From: Candidatus Marinacidobacterales bacterium
Lineage (GTDB): Bacteria > Acidobacteriota > Vicinamibacteria > Marinacidobacterales > SMYC01
NCBI GenBank assembly: GCA_965224085.1
Contig: CBDCYI010000004.1
Location: 1,248,001 to 1,312,000, forward strand
Length of the DNA stretch: 64,000 bases
Reading direction: 5' to 3'
Shown here: piece by piece, positions 1 to 9,639 of the stretch
Numbering within the stretch: the stretch's first letter is position 1
Layout: every line of letters starts with the position of its first letter
The notes under the pieces: generated by a model
Databases searched by the model: none
Told to the model about the DNA's origin: nothing
What the model saw: the letters and a program-made list of their open reading frames with translations, nothing else
Made by a program: the position numbers and the translations under genes

Positions 1-858
1 TTCGACGCGAATGGCGGCCTGTTCGAGACCGTTCTCTCGGAAGAGGATGCCATCATCAGCGACGCTCTCAACCACGCGAGCATCATCGATGGTATCCGTT
101 TGTGTAAGGCCCAGCGGCTCCGCTATCACAACAGGGACATGAAGGACCTCGAGTCGAAGCTCGAGGAGGCCTCGGGTGCGCGCCGCCGGATGATTGCCAC
201 CGATGGCGTCTTCAGCATGGACGGGACCTATGCGCCCCTTTCAGAAATCTGCGATCTCGCGGAGCGCCATAACGCGATGGTTATGGTCGACGATTCCCAC
301 GCAACGGGTTTCGTGGGCGAAACGGGACGTGGCACGCCGGAGCTTTGCGGCGTTCGTGAGCGTGTCGATGTCGTGACGTCGACGCTCGGGAAGGCGCTCG
401 GGGGTGCGGCGGGAGGCTTTACGTCTGGCCGGCAGGAAATCATCGACCTCTTGCGGCAGCGCTCGCGTCCCTATTTGTTCTCGAACTCACTCGCACCGGT
501 CATCGTGTCCGCGGCGAATAAAGCTCTGGAGATTCTGGAGACGAGCTCTGAGCATCGCCGGCGGCTCATGGACAACACCGCTCACTTCCGCAAAGCGATG
601 AACGAGCGCGGCTTCGACGTGGTGGAGGGAACCCACCCGATCGTCCCCATAATGCTCGGAGATGCCCGCCTCGCACAAGAGATGGCAAAACACATTCTGG
701 CGGAAGGCATTTACGTCATCGGCTTCAGCTTCCCCGTAGTACCCAAAGGCCAAGCGAGAATCCGCGTCCAACTTTCCGCCGCCCACACCAAAGAACACGT
801 CGCCCAAGCCATCGATGCCTTCACAAAAGTAGGAAAAACGCACAACGTCATCACCTGA
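1..858 (+). CDS. kbl: Glycine C-acetyltransferase (2-amino-3-ketobutyrate CoA ligase), 5' end outside window
   Basis: Frame open from base 1 (FDANGGLFE...[12 protein letters not shown]); motifs [24 protein letters not shown] (PLP lysine), [11 protein letters not shown]. Confidence 0.92.
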   Translation, partial: FDANGGLFETVLSEEDAIISDALNHASIIDGIRLCKAQRLRYHNRDMKDLESKLEEASGARRRMIATDGVFSMDGTYAPLSEICDLAERHNAMVMVDDSHATGFVGETGRGTPELCGVRERVDVVTSTLGKALGGAAGGFTSGRQEIIDLLRQRSRPYLFSNSLAPVIVSAANKALEILETSSEHRRRLMDNTAHFRKAMNERGFDVVEGTHPIVPIMLGDARLAQEMAKHILAEGIYVIGFSFPVVPKGQARIRVQLSAAHTKEHVAQAIDAFTKVGKTHNVIT

Positions 859-972
859 TGACTGGTAGCTTGGAAAAAGCTCCCCAAGCCCCGGCGAGCG
901 GGGCGAACTTGCGGTGCGATGACTATCGAGGATCGAGGAACGGAACTCTTCCTCTCCTGTGCCAGAGTTTGG

Positions 973-1050
973 TTGATCTCTTTAAACTTCCTACTAAAAT
1001 ACTTAGTATAACAGTAAATACATGATATTGTATTACTAACGTTATTAATT
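973..1050 (+). promoter_or_regulatory. AT-rich promoter/operator region of the toxin-antitoxin pair
   Basis: Sharp AT-rich island; TTGATC (973) 16 bp from TAAAAT (995); inverted repeats TACTAA/TTAGTA and AGTAAATACA/TGTATTACT. Confidence 0.5.
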
Positions 1051-1073
1051 TGGTTTCTTGAAAGGAGAAAGAG

Positions 1074-1574
1074 ATCACCGTCGACGAGAAAACTGGGCGA
1101 CAGACGAGGGTTGCCGACGAGGTATGGATTGCCACCGCGCTCTTGCACCGAGAGCATCCCGAGCGTAAGGACTTTACCATTCAAGAGATACGGAAGCGGG
1201 CGGAGCGAGAAGCGATGACGGGAACACTTCGTCCTGGCGTCTACGTGCACATCGTTCAGCATTGTGTCGCGAACCGGTCACCCAATCCCGGACGCTACCG
1301 CATGCTGTTTGCCACCGCCCCCAAGACGCGGAGGCTCTTCCGGGATGGCGATACGTATGACCCGGAGCGCGCGGGATCGAAAACGCGGCCCGACCGAAAC
1401 AACGTACCGGACCAGTATCGCGAGCTCATCGATTGGTATGAGCGGGACTTTCGAGGGTGGCGTGACTCGGACAACGAAGATCCCATATTGAAGCTGCGCG
1501 GACTGGGCGGTGAGCTTTGGCGGGGCATCGACCCCGACGACTATGTGCGTAGGTTGCGTGAGGGATGGGAGTGA
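1074..1574 (+). CDS. Putative antitoxin: uncharacterised N-terminal domain plus VapB-like C-terminal tail; start codon uncertain (ATC)
   Basis: Frame open from 1062; AGGAG at 1063-1067 precedes ATC at 1074; C-terminus DPILKLRGLGGELWRGIDPDDYVRRLREGWE; stop overlaps the PIN gene start (GTGA). Confidence 0.7.
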   Translation: MTVDEKTGRQTRVADEVWIATALLHREHPERKDFTIQEIRKRAEREAMTGTLRPGVYVHIVQHCVANRSPNPGRYRMLFATAPKTRRLFRDGDTYDPERAGSKTRPDRNNVPDQYRELIDWYERDFRGWRDSDNEDPILKLRGLGGELWRGIDPDDYVRRLREGWE

Positions 1575-1993
1575 GTCGTATTTTCTGGGACACGAACCTG
1601 TTCGTCTATCTCATCGAGGACTACGGGGATTTATCGGAGCGTGTCGTTAAGATCCGTGAGCGCATGCTGAGGCGCAGAGACGGGCTCTACACTTCCGCTT
1701 TGACTTTGGGCGAGATCCTCGTGAAACCGCTAGACGAGAATAGAGAGGACCTCGCCGCGGACTATGAGCTCGCTCTGACGAGCGCAGCGGTCGTCATCCC
1801 CTTCGACAAAACGACCGCTCGAAGGTTCGCAGCCATACGGCGGGACCGAAGCGTGAAGCCACCCGACGCGATCCAGCTCGCCTGCGCGTCGCAGGTGAGC
1901 ACGGATCTGTTCATTACGAACGACGACCGCCTGAGCAAAAAGGTCATTGCCGGAGTGCAGTTCATCACTTCTCTCGCGGACGCTGTGATCTGA
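1571..1993 (+). CDS. vapC: PIN-domain VapC-type toxin
   Basis: IFWDTNLF, TSALTLGEIL, PPDAIQLACA, FITNDDRL carry the PIN acidic residues. Confidence 0.9.
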   Translation: MSRIFWDTNLFVYLIEDYGDLSERVVKIRERMLRRRDGLYTSALTLGEILVKPLDENREDLAADYELALTSAAVVIPFDKTTARRFAAIRRDRSVKPPDAIQLACASQVSTDLFITNDDRLSKKVIAGVQFITSLADAVI

Positions 1994-2047
1994 GGCCGAG
2001 TGACCAGCGTCAACAACCGCCCTGTTCCCAGAAACCGTAACCGCGTC

Positions 2048-2078
2048 AAAAAAACCCCTCACCGTCGTGGTGAGCGGC
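2048..2078 (-). terminator. Rho-independent terminator downstream of dnaK
   Basis: Minus strand CTCACC-acgac-GGTGAG hairpin followed by a T7 run. Confidence 0.65.
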
Positions 2079-2102
2079 CTTCGTCTGACTAGTGAATGCT
2101 GA

Positions 2103-2995
2103 TCAGGTTACTTCTGTAAACTCCGCGTCGACGACGTCTTCGTCGGCGCTCGGCGCCGAGCCGTCGTTAGCCGGTTCGCCGCTTGATGGCTCGGCTTCCT
2201 TTTTCGCGTAGAGTCTTTCGGCCATAGCGTGCGCCGCCTTGGTGAGGCGTTCCTCGGCCGCCTGAATGGCCTCGAGGTCGCCGCTATCGAGCTTGGCCTT
2301 GGCCTCCTCGAGAGCGCTTTCGACTTCCTGAACGATCGACGGTTCGAGGTCGTTCTTGTTCTCATCGAGGCTTTGCTGGGACGCGAAGATCGCAGTGTCG
2401 AGACGATTCCGTGCCTCCACCTCTTGACGAATCTTCTCATCCGCCTCACGGTGGGTCTCGGAATCCTTGACCATGCGCTCGATTTCCTCTTTGCTGAGGC
2501 CACTCGAGCTTTCGAGCGTGATGCTCTGCGCTTTGCCTGTGGTGACATCCTTGGCACTGACGTTGACGATGCCGTTGGCGTCGATGTCAAACGAGACTTC
2601 GATTTGGGGCACGCCCCGGGGAGCGGGCGGGAGACCGACGAGCTGGAATTCTCCCAACGTTCGGTTGTCCTTGGCCATCTCGCGCTCGCCCTGTAGCACG
2701 TGCACGCCCACGCTCGGCTGGCTGTCCACCGCGGTCGAGAAAATTTCGCTCTTCTCGACCGGGATCGTGGTGTTGCGGTCGATGAGCTTCGTGAAGACGC
2801 CGCCCAGGGTCTCGATGCCGAGCGAAAGAGGCGTGACGTCGAGCAGTAGCATGTCCTTGACGTCACCTTGCATAACGCCACCTTGAATGGCGGCGCCGAT
2901 GGAGACGATCTCGTCCGGGTTGACGCCCTTGTGGGGGTCCTTCCCGAAGAGTTCTTTCACCATTTCTTGGACTTTGGGGATTCGCGTCGAGCCGC
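2103..2995 (-). pseudogene. dnaK: DnaK 3' half only, cut by an IS903-group element
   Basis: [49 protein letters not shown] and the C-terminal DVVDAEF; homology stops at the IS end (2996). Confidence 0.93.
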
Positions 2996-4082
2996 TGCCT
3001 TGGTGCACAACTCGCGATCTCGGTCCACAATTGTCCTTTACTCACGGATTCGAGGTTCCCCATGAGCATTTTCAAACGCACTCAGCGGAAGTATGTGAAG
3101 AAGGCCTATCGCGTGAGGAATTGGCGTGAATATGAGGCGGGTCTACGCAACCGTGGGAGCCTGACCGTCTGGATCTCGCTCACCGCCGGCAAGCTTGTGA
3201 ACTGGGACGCGCCCCGGCCGAGGAGGAGGAAACCGGGCCGTCAACGCAAGTACTCGAACCACGCCATCGAGACGGCTGTCACCCTGGGCATGGTGTTTCA
3301 TCTGTCATCTAGGCAGAGCGAGGGATTGCTGCGGTCGTTGTTCGCTCTGATGAAGCTAGACAATGATGTGCCCGATCACACCACGATCTCGAGGCGCAAG
3401 GCGAAGCTGGGTAAGGTCCCCTTCTACCAAGACAAGCAGAAGACGCCGTTGCACATCTTGTTCGACAGCAGCGGTCTCGCTGTCCACGCCGGCCAGCTGC
3501 GCAGAGCACCAAATAGCAGGGACTATCGCAAGCTCCATCTGTGTGTCGACGAGCAGAGTGGCGAAGTCGTCGCCGGCGAGCTGACGAGCAAAAGAGCCCG
3601 CGATTCATCGCGGGTTGCATCGCTTGTCGGACAGAGCGACAGTCCCATCTCATCGGCCAGAGCTGACACCGCATACGACGCCAGCGGCGTCTATGAGGCA
3701 ATCGAGAATCACAGCGCTCATCGCTCGCCGAGGGTGCTGATACCGCCGCGCAAAGGCGCCCAGCTCGCATCGGGGCCGGCGAGCAGCCGACAGCGCAATC
3801 GCAACATTGCAGCACAAGCTCGGCTCGGCAAACGAAAGTGGCACACAGAATCGGGCTACAGCAAACGGAGCAAAGTCGAGACAACGTTCCATCGCTACAA
3901 GGCTATCGTGGGCTCAGCGATGCGAGCGAGAGGGTTGGCGGCACAGAGAGTCGAGGCAAGGATCGGGTGCAAGATTCTCAACACCATGACGGCGCTCGGG
4001 ATGCCTGATAGCGAGATGATCGGATGATGGGAGTCGGGGCCAAGCGAGCTCTCGGCCTCTATCGGAGTTGTGCACCAAGGCA
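2996..4082 (+). mobile_element. IS5-family, IS903-group insertion sequence, copy 1 (1087 bp)
   Basis: Perfect 18-bp terminal IRs TGCCTTGGTGCACAACTC (2996-3013) and GAGTTGTGCACCAAGGCA (4065-4082); near-identical copies at 30405 and 60571; no target duplication. Confidence 0.93.
3062..4027 (+). CDS. IS903-group DDE transposase
   Basis: NWREYEAGLRNRGSLTVW, PDHTTISRR, DSSG, RKLHLCVD, DTAYD, GYSKRSKVETTF. Confidence 0.92.
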   Translation: MSIFKRTQRKYVKKAYRVRNWREYEAGLRNRGSLTVWISLTAGKLVNWDAPRPRRRKPGRQRKYSNHAIETAVTLGMVFHLSSRQSEGLLRSLFALMKLDNDVPDHTTISRRKAKLGKVPFYQDKQKTPLHILFDSSGLAVHAGQLRRAPNSRDYRKLHLCVDEQSGEVVAGELTSKRARDSSRVASLVGQSDSPISSARADTAYDASGVYEAIENHSAHRSPRVLIPPRKGAQLASGPASSRQRNRNIAAQARLGKRKWHTESGYSKRSKVETTFHRYKAIVGSAMRARGLAAQRVEARIGCKILNTMTALGMPDSEMIG

Positions 4083-5024
4083 GCCTGGCGGTGGTGCGCT
4101 CGCGCAAGCAGGGCTATCTCGTCGGGCTGCAAAGACGACGGCGCGAGGAGGTCTATCGTTACATCGAGCGCGCCAGCGGAGAGTGGATCGACTGCCCTGG
4201 TGGCATCACGGTGAGCGAAAAAGCCGAGCCACCTAAGACTCGTGTGCAAGAAGTCCGCTCCGAGCAGTCTGGCGTGCGCATCTTCGTCGTTCACAGCGAC
4301 GAAAGGCTCGCCTACGAGCGCGGGCAGAGGCTGCGGGCCATGGGACGTGCCCGTGCGGCATTCGAGGCCCTCGAGCGCCGCGTGCGCGAGGGACGATTGA
4401 AAGCCCCCGAGAAAATCGGTGCCGCCGCCGCGCGCATACAGGCACGCCACCACGGTCACCGTTACTACGACTGGGAGTACAAAAACGCTCGCTTCCGCTT
4501 CTTCGAGCACCCGGACAACCTCAAGCGCGAGCAAGCCTACGAGGGTAAGTACGTTATTCAAACCGAGGAGCAAAACCTCTCTCCGGTCGACGCCGTGCGC
4601 CTTTACAAGGACCTAAACGAGGTCGAGCGAGCCTTCTCATGCCTTAAGGATGTCATTGAGATGCATCCCGTTTACCACCAGACCGATGAGCGTGTGGAGG
4701 CACATCTTTTCGTAGCTACGCTGGCCTTCCTTGTGCATCGGGCTCTTGAGAAAAAGCTCAAGGTCGCCGAACTCGACCTGTCCGCAACCGAGGCACTACA
4801 AGCGCTACGCTCGGTCCGGCTCGTCGACTTACAGCTGGGTTCTGGGCGGACCAAGCGCGTCGTCACGCGCGGCACCGCTCGCGCCAACTCGATCCTGACT
4901 GCACTCGGAATCGTTGAACGCGACCCGCCAGCCTTCTCCGAGGAGGTGCTGTCAGCGTAGAGACAAACCGCGGATCTCAGTCCTTTGTTTATGATGACTT
5001 AGAGACCTAAAAGGGAAACATGGG
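4083..5024 (+). mobile_element. IS1634-family element, 3' remnant (transposase C-terminus to 4960 plus right end)
   Basis: EGKYVIQT, YKDLNEVERAF..LK, PVYHQTDERVEAHLFVATLA; right end ...GGGAAACATGGG followed by CTAG (5025-5028); same sequence recurs at 43805-44168. Confidence 0.88.
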
Positions 5025-5160
5025 CTAGCGCTCGCTCACCTTGCAGATCTGCACGCGAAGCGATTCGAGCAAAAAACGCCTGCAAGCGGTGCTTGGTGCT
5101 CCAAAACGCCGGTCGGTTCGAGTAGAATCGCCGCACCACCGATTCGAGGAGGTATTCGAA

Positions 5161-7212
5161 ATGTCAGCTTTCTTGAAGGCCCTTGCAAGCTTCGCCGTGT
5201 TCGTGACTCTGTGCCTCGCGACGGTCGCGGACGCTCGAGCCGCGAAACGACACCTGACGCTCGCGGACTACTTGAACTTCGAGCGCGTCGCGGACCCCCA
5301 AGTATCCGCCGACGGAAACCGCATTCTCTACACCCGCCGCTGGGTGGACAACGTTAACGACCGATGGAGCTCCGCGATTTGGATCATGGATGCAGACGGC
5401 GGCCGCAACCGTTTCCTCGTCGAGGGGCAATCGCCCATCTGGTCGCCCGACGGGACTCGCATCGCTTTCATCCGAGAAGGCGAGCCCAAAGGCCCGCAGA
5501 TTTTCGTCCGGTGGATGGACGCGGAAGGCGCGGTGACGCAAATTACCCGGCTCGATAGAACTCCGCGGCACATCGCCTGGTCTCCGGACAGCGCGTCGCT
5601 TGCTTTCGTGAGTCTCGTTCCCAAAGAAACTCCATGGAAGATCGATCTTCCGAAACCTGGCGATGGAGGCAAATGGACCGAGACGCCGCGGATCATTCAG
5701 AGCCTCGACTACCGCCAGGATCGCATCGGATTTACCGAGGAAGGCTATTTCCATGTCTTCGTCGTTCCCGCGAGCGGGGGGACGGCGCGCTCTCTCACGA
5801 GCGGCGACTACAATCACGGCAGCAACCGCCAACCCATCTCATGGACGCCCGATGGTAGCGAGATCTTGTTCTCCAGCTTGCGTGAGCCCGAGTGGGAATA
5901 TGCGTGGCGCGAGTCTGAGATCTATGCGGTGAACACTTTGGACAAGTCGATACGGAAGCTCACCGATCGCAAGGGTCCGGACCAGAACCCCGTCGTTTCT
6001 CCGGACGGCAAGCTCGTCGCTTATACCGGCAACGACTGGACCAACGACACCTACATCGCCTCCAAGCTCTACGTCATGGGGATCGACGGATCGAGCCCGA
6101 CGGAAATCGCCACCGACCTCGATCGCTCGCCCCGCGGGGTCACGTGGTCGGCGGATAGCTCGGGTGTGTTCTTCAACGTTCGCGATCGTGGAACGTCCAA
6201 CCTCTATTTCGCTTCGCGGGACGACGGGGTTCGTGCCGCGACCGAGGGCACGCATATGCTCGACGTCACCCATGTCGGAGGAAACGGGCGCGCCGTGGGG
6301 ACGCTCACGAGCTTCCATCAGCCGGGCGATATCGCTCTTGTCGATCTCGAAAGCGGGTCCATCGAGCAGCTGACTTTCGTGAATGACGACGTTCTCGCCG
6401 ACATCGAGCTCGGAAGCGTCGATGAGATCTGGTACGATTCCCTCGACGACTATCGCATCCAGGGCTGGGTCGTGACGCCCCCCGATTACGATCCGGCGCG
6501 CAAGTACCCGATGATGCTCGCCATTCACGGTGGACCGCACGGGATGTACCACACCGGGTTCAACTTCGGCTGGCAGGAGCATGCGGCGAACGGCTACGTC
6601 GTGCTCTACACGAATCCTCGCGGCTCCTCCGGGTACGGGAGCGCTTTCGGCAACGCCATCAAAAACGCCTACCCGAGCAAGGATTTCGACGATCTCATGA
6701 AAGGCGTCGATGAAGTGCTCGCGAAGGGCTTCGTCGACGATCGGAACCTGTTCGTCTATGGCTGCAGTGGGGGCGGTGTTCTCACCGCCTGGGTCGTGGG
6801 ACACACGGACCGCTTTGCTGCGGCCTCGTCGAACTGCCCGGTGACGAATTGGCTGTCTTTCGTCGGCACGACGGACGGCCCGAACTGGTATCGAAATTTC
6901 GCGAAAATGTTCTGGGAGGATCCGAGCGAGCACCTCGAGCGCTCGCCGCTGATGTATGTCGGAAACGTAACGACGCCCACCATGCTCATGACGGGCGTCA
7001 AAGACCTTCGCACGCCCATCACTCAGACAGAGGAGTACTATCAGGCGCTCAAGATGCGGAAAGTGCCGACAGCGATGGTGCGCTTCAACGAAGAGTTCCA
7101 CGGGACGTCGTCCAAGCCTTCGAACTTCATGCGGACCCAGCTCTACTTGCGTCATTGGTTCGAGAAACACGGAAGCATGGGCGAGACGAGACCGCCAACG
7201 GAGAACCCTTGA
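5161..7212 (+). CDS. Secreted S9 family peptidase (acylaminoacyl/dipeptidyl peptidase-like)
   Basis: RBS GAGGAGG; signal peptide; PD40-like propeller repeats (WSPDG); IHGGPH, NPRGSSGYG, nucleophile GCSGGG, DLRTP, EEFHG. Confidence 0.92.
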   Translation: MSAFLKALASFAVFVTLCLATVADARAAKRHLTLADYLNFERVADPQVSADGNRILYTRRWVDNVNDRWSSAIWIMDADGGRNRFLVEGQSPIWSPDGTRIAFIREGEPKGPQIFVRWMDAEGAVTQITRLDRTPRHIAWSPDSASLAFVSLVPKETPWKIDLPKPGDGGKWTETPRIIQSLDYRQDRIGFTEEGYFHVFVVPASGGTARSLTSGDYNHGSNRQPISWTPDGSEILFSSLREPEWEYAWRESEIYAVNTLDKSIRKLTDRKGPDQNPVVSPDGKLVAYTGNDWTNDTYIASKLYVMGIDGSSPTEIATDLDRSPRGVTWSADSSGVFFNVRDRGTSNLYFASRDDGVRAATEGTHMLDVTHVGGNGRAVGTLTSFHQPGDIALVDLESGSIEQLTFVNDDVLADIELGSVDEIWYDSLDDYRIQGWVVTPPDYDPARKYPMMLAIHGGPHGMYHTGFNFGWQEHAANGYVVLYTNPRGSSGYGSAFGNAIKNAYPSKDFDDLMKGVDEVLAKGFVDDRNLFVYGCSGGGVLTAWVVGHTDRFAAASSNCPVTNWLSFVGTTDGPNWYRNFAKMFWEDPSEHLERSPLMYVGNVTTPTMLMTGVKDLRTPITQTEEYYQALKMRKVPTAMVRFNEEFHGTSSKPSNFMRTQLYLRHWFEKHGSMGETRPPTENP

Positions 7213-7241
7213 GCCTTGAGCCTTGAGCCTTGAGCCTTGAG
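7207..7241. repeat. Heptamer tandem repeat (CCTTGAG)x5
   Basis: Five perfect units overlapping the peptidase stop codon, between convergent genes. Confidence 0.9.
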
Positions 7242-7285
7242 GATGTTCAAAGGCGTCACGGAGCGCGGCGTTAGCCGCTGACTTT

Positions 7286-8311
7286 TCAGCGGGCCGACTG
7301 ATTCGCGAGCTGGCCGCAGGCAGCTAGGACATCGTCTCCGCGGCTCCGGCGCAAGCTCACCGTCAGCCCGGCATCGATGAGGATGTCGTTGAAGCGCTCC
7401 GTCGCCTGGCGCGAGGAGCCTTTGTGCGGCGCGCCCGGCCAAGGGTTGTACGTGATCAAGTTCACTTTGGCCTTCACGCCTTCGAGAAGCTTGGCCAACC
7501 TCTTGGCATCTTCCACATGATCGTTCTCACCACCGAGAAGCACATATTCGAACGTGATGCGGCGGCGCTTCGGGAGTGGCAAGTTTCGGGCGGCGGTAAT
7601 GAGCGTCTCGAGTGCATGCTTTTTGTTGATCGGCATGATGCGGTCGCGAGCGTTATTTGTCGTCGCGTGCAAGCTGATAGCGAGTCCCACCGTCGGGGCT
7701 TTTTCGGCAAAGCGCTCGAGCTCGTCGACGACTCCCGCGGTCGAGACCGTGATACGGCGCGGCGAGACCGCGAAAGCATCGTCATCCATGAAAATTTCGA
7801 GCGAAGCCAAAACGCCTTCGGCGTTCAAAAGCGGCTCCCCCATCCCCATGAAGACGATGTTGCTCCGAGCCGGCAACTCGGGTAGCGCGCGCCGCGCAAG
7901 AAGAAACTGCCCGAGGATCTCGCCCGGCTCGAGATTGCGCTCGAAGCGGATCGTGCCGGAAAAGCAGAACGTGCATTTGAGAGGACAGCCGACCTGCGTC
8001 GACAAACAAAACGTATGGCGATCACCGTCCGGGATGTAGACGGTCTCGACTCGCCGGCCGTCGTGAAGCGCGAGCTGGAACTTAATCGTGCCGTCACTCG
8101 AGACGTGCCGGCTCGCAATCTCGGGACGGCGGATCGCGTGCTCGCGGGCGAGGCTCTCGCGAAAACCTCGCGCCAAATCCGTCATTTCGTCGAACGTGTC
8201 GACACCGCGCGCGTAGATCGAGCGATAGATCTGACGGCCCCGAAACGCAGGGAGTCCCGCTGAAGTGGCCACTTCCTCGAGCGCTGCGCGCGACAGTCCG
8301 AACAAGTTCAT
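7286..8311 (-). CDS. rlmN: Dual-specificity RNA methyltransferase RlmN (radical SAM)
   Basis: CLSTQVGCPLKCTFC, VFMGMGEP, ITVSTAG, ISLHA, ITFEY, AACGQL. Confidence 0.93.
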   Translation of the reverse strand: MNLFGLSRAALEEVATSAGLPAFRGRQIYRSIYARGVDTFDEMTDLARGFRESLAREHAIRRPEIASRHVSSDGTIKFQLALHDGRRVETVYIPDGDRHTFCLSTQVGCPLKCTFCFSGTIRFERNLEPGEILGQFLLARRALPELPARSNIVFMGMGEPLLNAEGVLASLEIFMDDDAFAVSPRRITVSTAGVVDELERFAEKAPTVGLAISLHATTNNARDRIMPINKKHALETLITAARNLPLPKRRRITFEYVLLGGENDHVEDAKRLAKLLEGVKAKVNLITYNPWPGAPHKGSSRQATERFNDILIDAGLTVSLRRSRGDDVLAACGQLANQSAR

Positions 8312-8382
8312 CGCAGATATACTAGAGCCAAAACACCGTTTTTGCCCCCCCGAGGCGGGTGTGATAGATTTCACCTTCTCCG

Positions 8383-9639
8383 ATGTTCCGAAAACACGTT
8401 TTGGACAACGGACTTACCATTCTCACCGAACGCATGCCACATGTGCGCTCGGTGGCGCTTGGAGTCTGGCTGAGGCGGGGCAGCCGCCACGAAAAGGCTT
8501 CCGAGAGCGGCCTTGCGCACTTCATCGAGCACATGGTGTTCAAAGGAACCGAGCGGCGGAGCCAAGCCCAAATCGCGCAGGAGCTCGACGAGATTGGCGG
8601 CCAGTCCGACGCGTTTACCTCCCAGGAATATGCGGGCTTTCACGCCAAAGTGCTCGGCGAGCACGTGCCCCGCGCCATCGACTTGCTCTCGGACATCGTG
8701 CTCGCGCCTAGCTTCGACGCGGAAGAGCTCGAGCGTGAGCGGATGGTGATCTTCGAAGAAATCAAGAGCGTCGAGGACGCGCCGGAAGATCGCGTGCACG
8801 ACTTGTTCGTCGAGTTTTTCTGGCCGAACCACCCGTTGGGCCGTCCGATCCTCGGCACACCCGAGACTGTGGGAAGCTTCGAGCGCGACGATCTGGTGCG
8901 CTTTTTTCGCAAGAATTACGCGCCGAGCAACATCATCGTCGCGGCCGCGGGCGATGTCGAGCACGACGCTCTTTTGGAGCTCACCTCGTCTCACTTCGCG
9001 TCTTTGAACACCCCTCCGGACGGCGCCATCGAGAGCCCGCCGACGGTGCGTCCGACGATCCGCCTGCAGCCAAAAGACCTAGAACAAACGCATCTGGTCC
9101 TCGGGACGGTAGCGCCCCCACACGCCTCGCCCGACCGCTACGTCACCTATGTCTTGAACGCGATACTCGGCGGCGATTTGAGCTCGCGTCTTTTCCAAGT
9201 CATTCGCGAAGAGCGCGGCCTCGCCTATTCCGTGTACTCGGGCTTGAACTGCTTCCGCGACGCCGGCCAGTTCTCGATCTACGCCGGAACCGATCCGAAA
9301 CACGTCGCCGAAGTCGTCAACCTCACGCTCGAAGAGATCCGTCGCATCAAGTCCGAAGCCGTCACCGCCGCCGAGCTCGATCGTGCAAAGAGCCACATGC
9401 GCGGCAGTATTTTGATGAGCCTCGAGTCGACGAGCTCGCGCATGTCGCAGATCGCCCGCCTAGAAATGACCGAGGGCCGTCACGTGACGCCCGAAGAGAC
9501 CATCGCGAGCCTCGAGGTAGTAAGCTCGGAAGACGTTCTCCGCCTCGCGACAGAAATATTCGACGGGCGCTCGCTCGCCATGACCGTGCTCGGAAGGCTC
9601 GAGCACTTCGATCCAGTACCGGAGAGCTTGGTTGCCTGA
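8383..9639 (+). CDS. M16 family zinc peptidase
   Basis: GLAHFIEHMVFKGT (HxxEH), HPLGRPILG, SSRLFQVIREERGLAYSV. Confidence 0.93.
   Translation: MFRKHVLDNGLTILTERMPHVRSVALGVWLRRGSRHEKASESGLAHFIEHMVFKGTERRSQAQIAQELDEIGGQSDAFTSQEYAGFHAKVLGEHVPRAIDLLSDIVLAPSFDAEELERERMVIFEEIKSVEDAPEDRVHDLFVEFFWPNHPLGRPILGTPETVGSFERDDLVRFFRKNYAPSNIIVAAAGDVEHDALLELTSSHFASLNTPPDGAIESPPTVRPTIRLQPKDLEQTHLVLGTVAPPHASPDRYVTYVLNAILGGDLSSRLFQVIREERGLAYSVYSGLNCFRDAGQFSIYAGTDPKHVAEVVNLTLEEIRRIKSEAVTAAELDRAKSHMRGSILMSLESTSSRMSQIARLEMTEGRHVTPEETIASLEVVSSEDVLRLATEIFDGRSLAMTVLGRLEHFDPVPESLVA

Noticed and set aside
4070-4960. ORFs starting MHQGS (2103..3008, 4070..4960, 31479..31883) as a shared leader peptide family
   Set aside because: The shared N-terminus is simply translation of the IS903-group inverted repeat into flanking remnants.
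5839-7170. Long antisense or alternate-frame ORFs (e.g. 5839..7170, 14522..15730, 17614..18666, 28084..29550, 37079..38029)
   Set aside because: They shadow well-supported genes, carry no motifs, and are expected in high-GC DNA.
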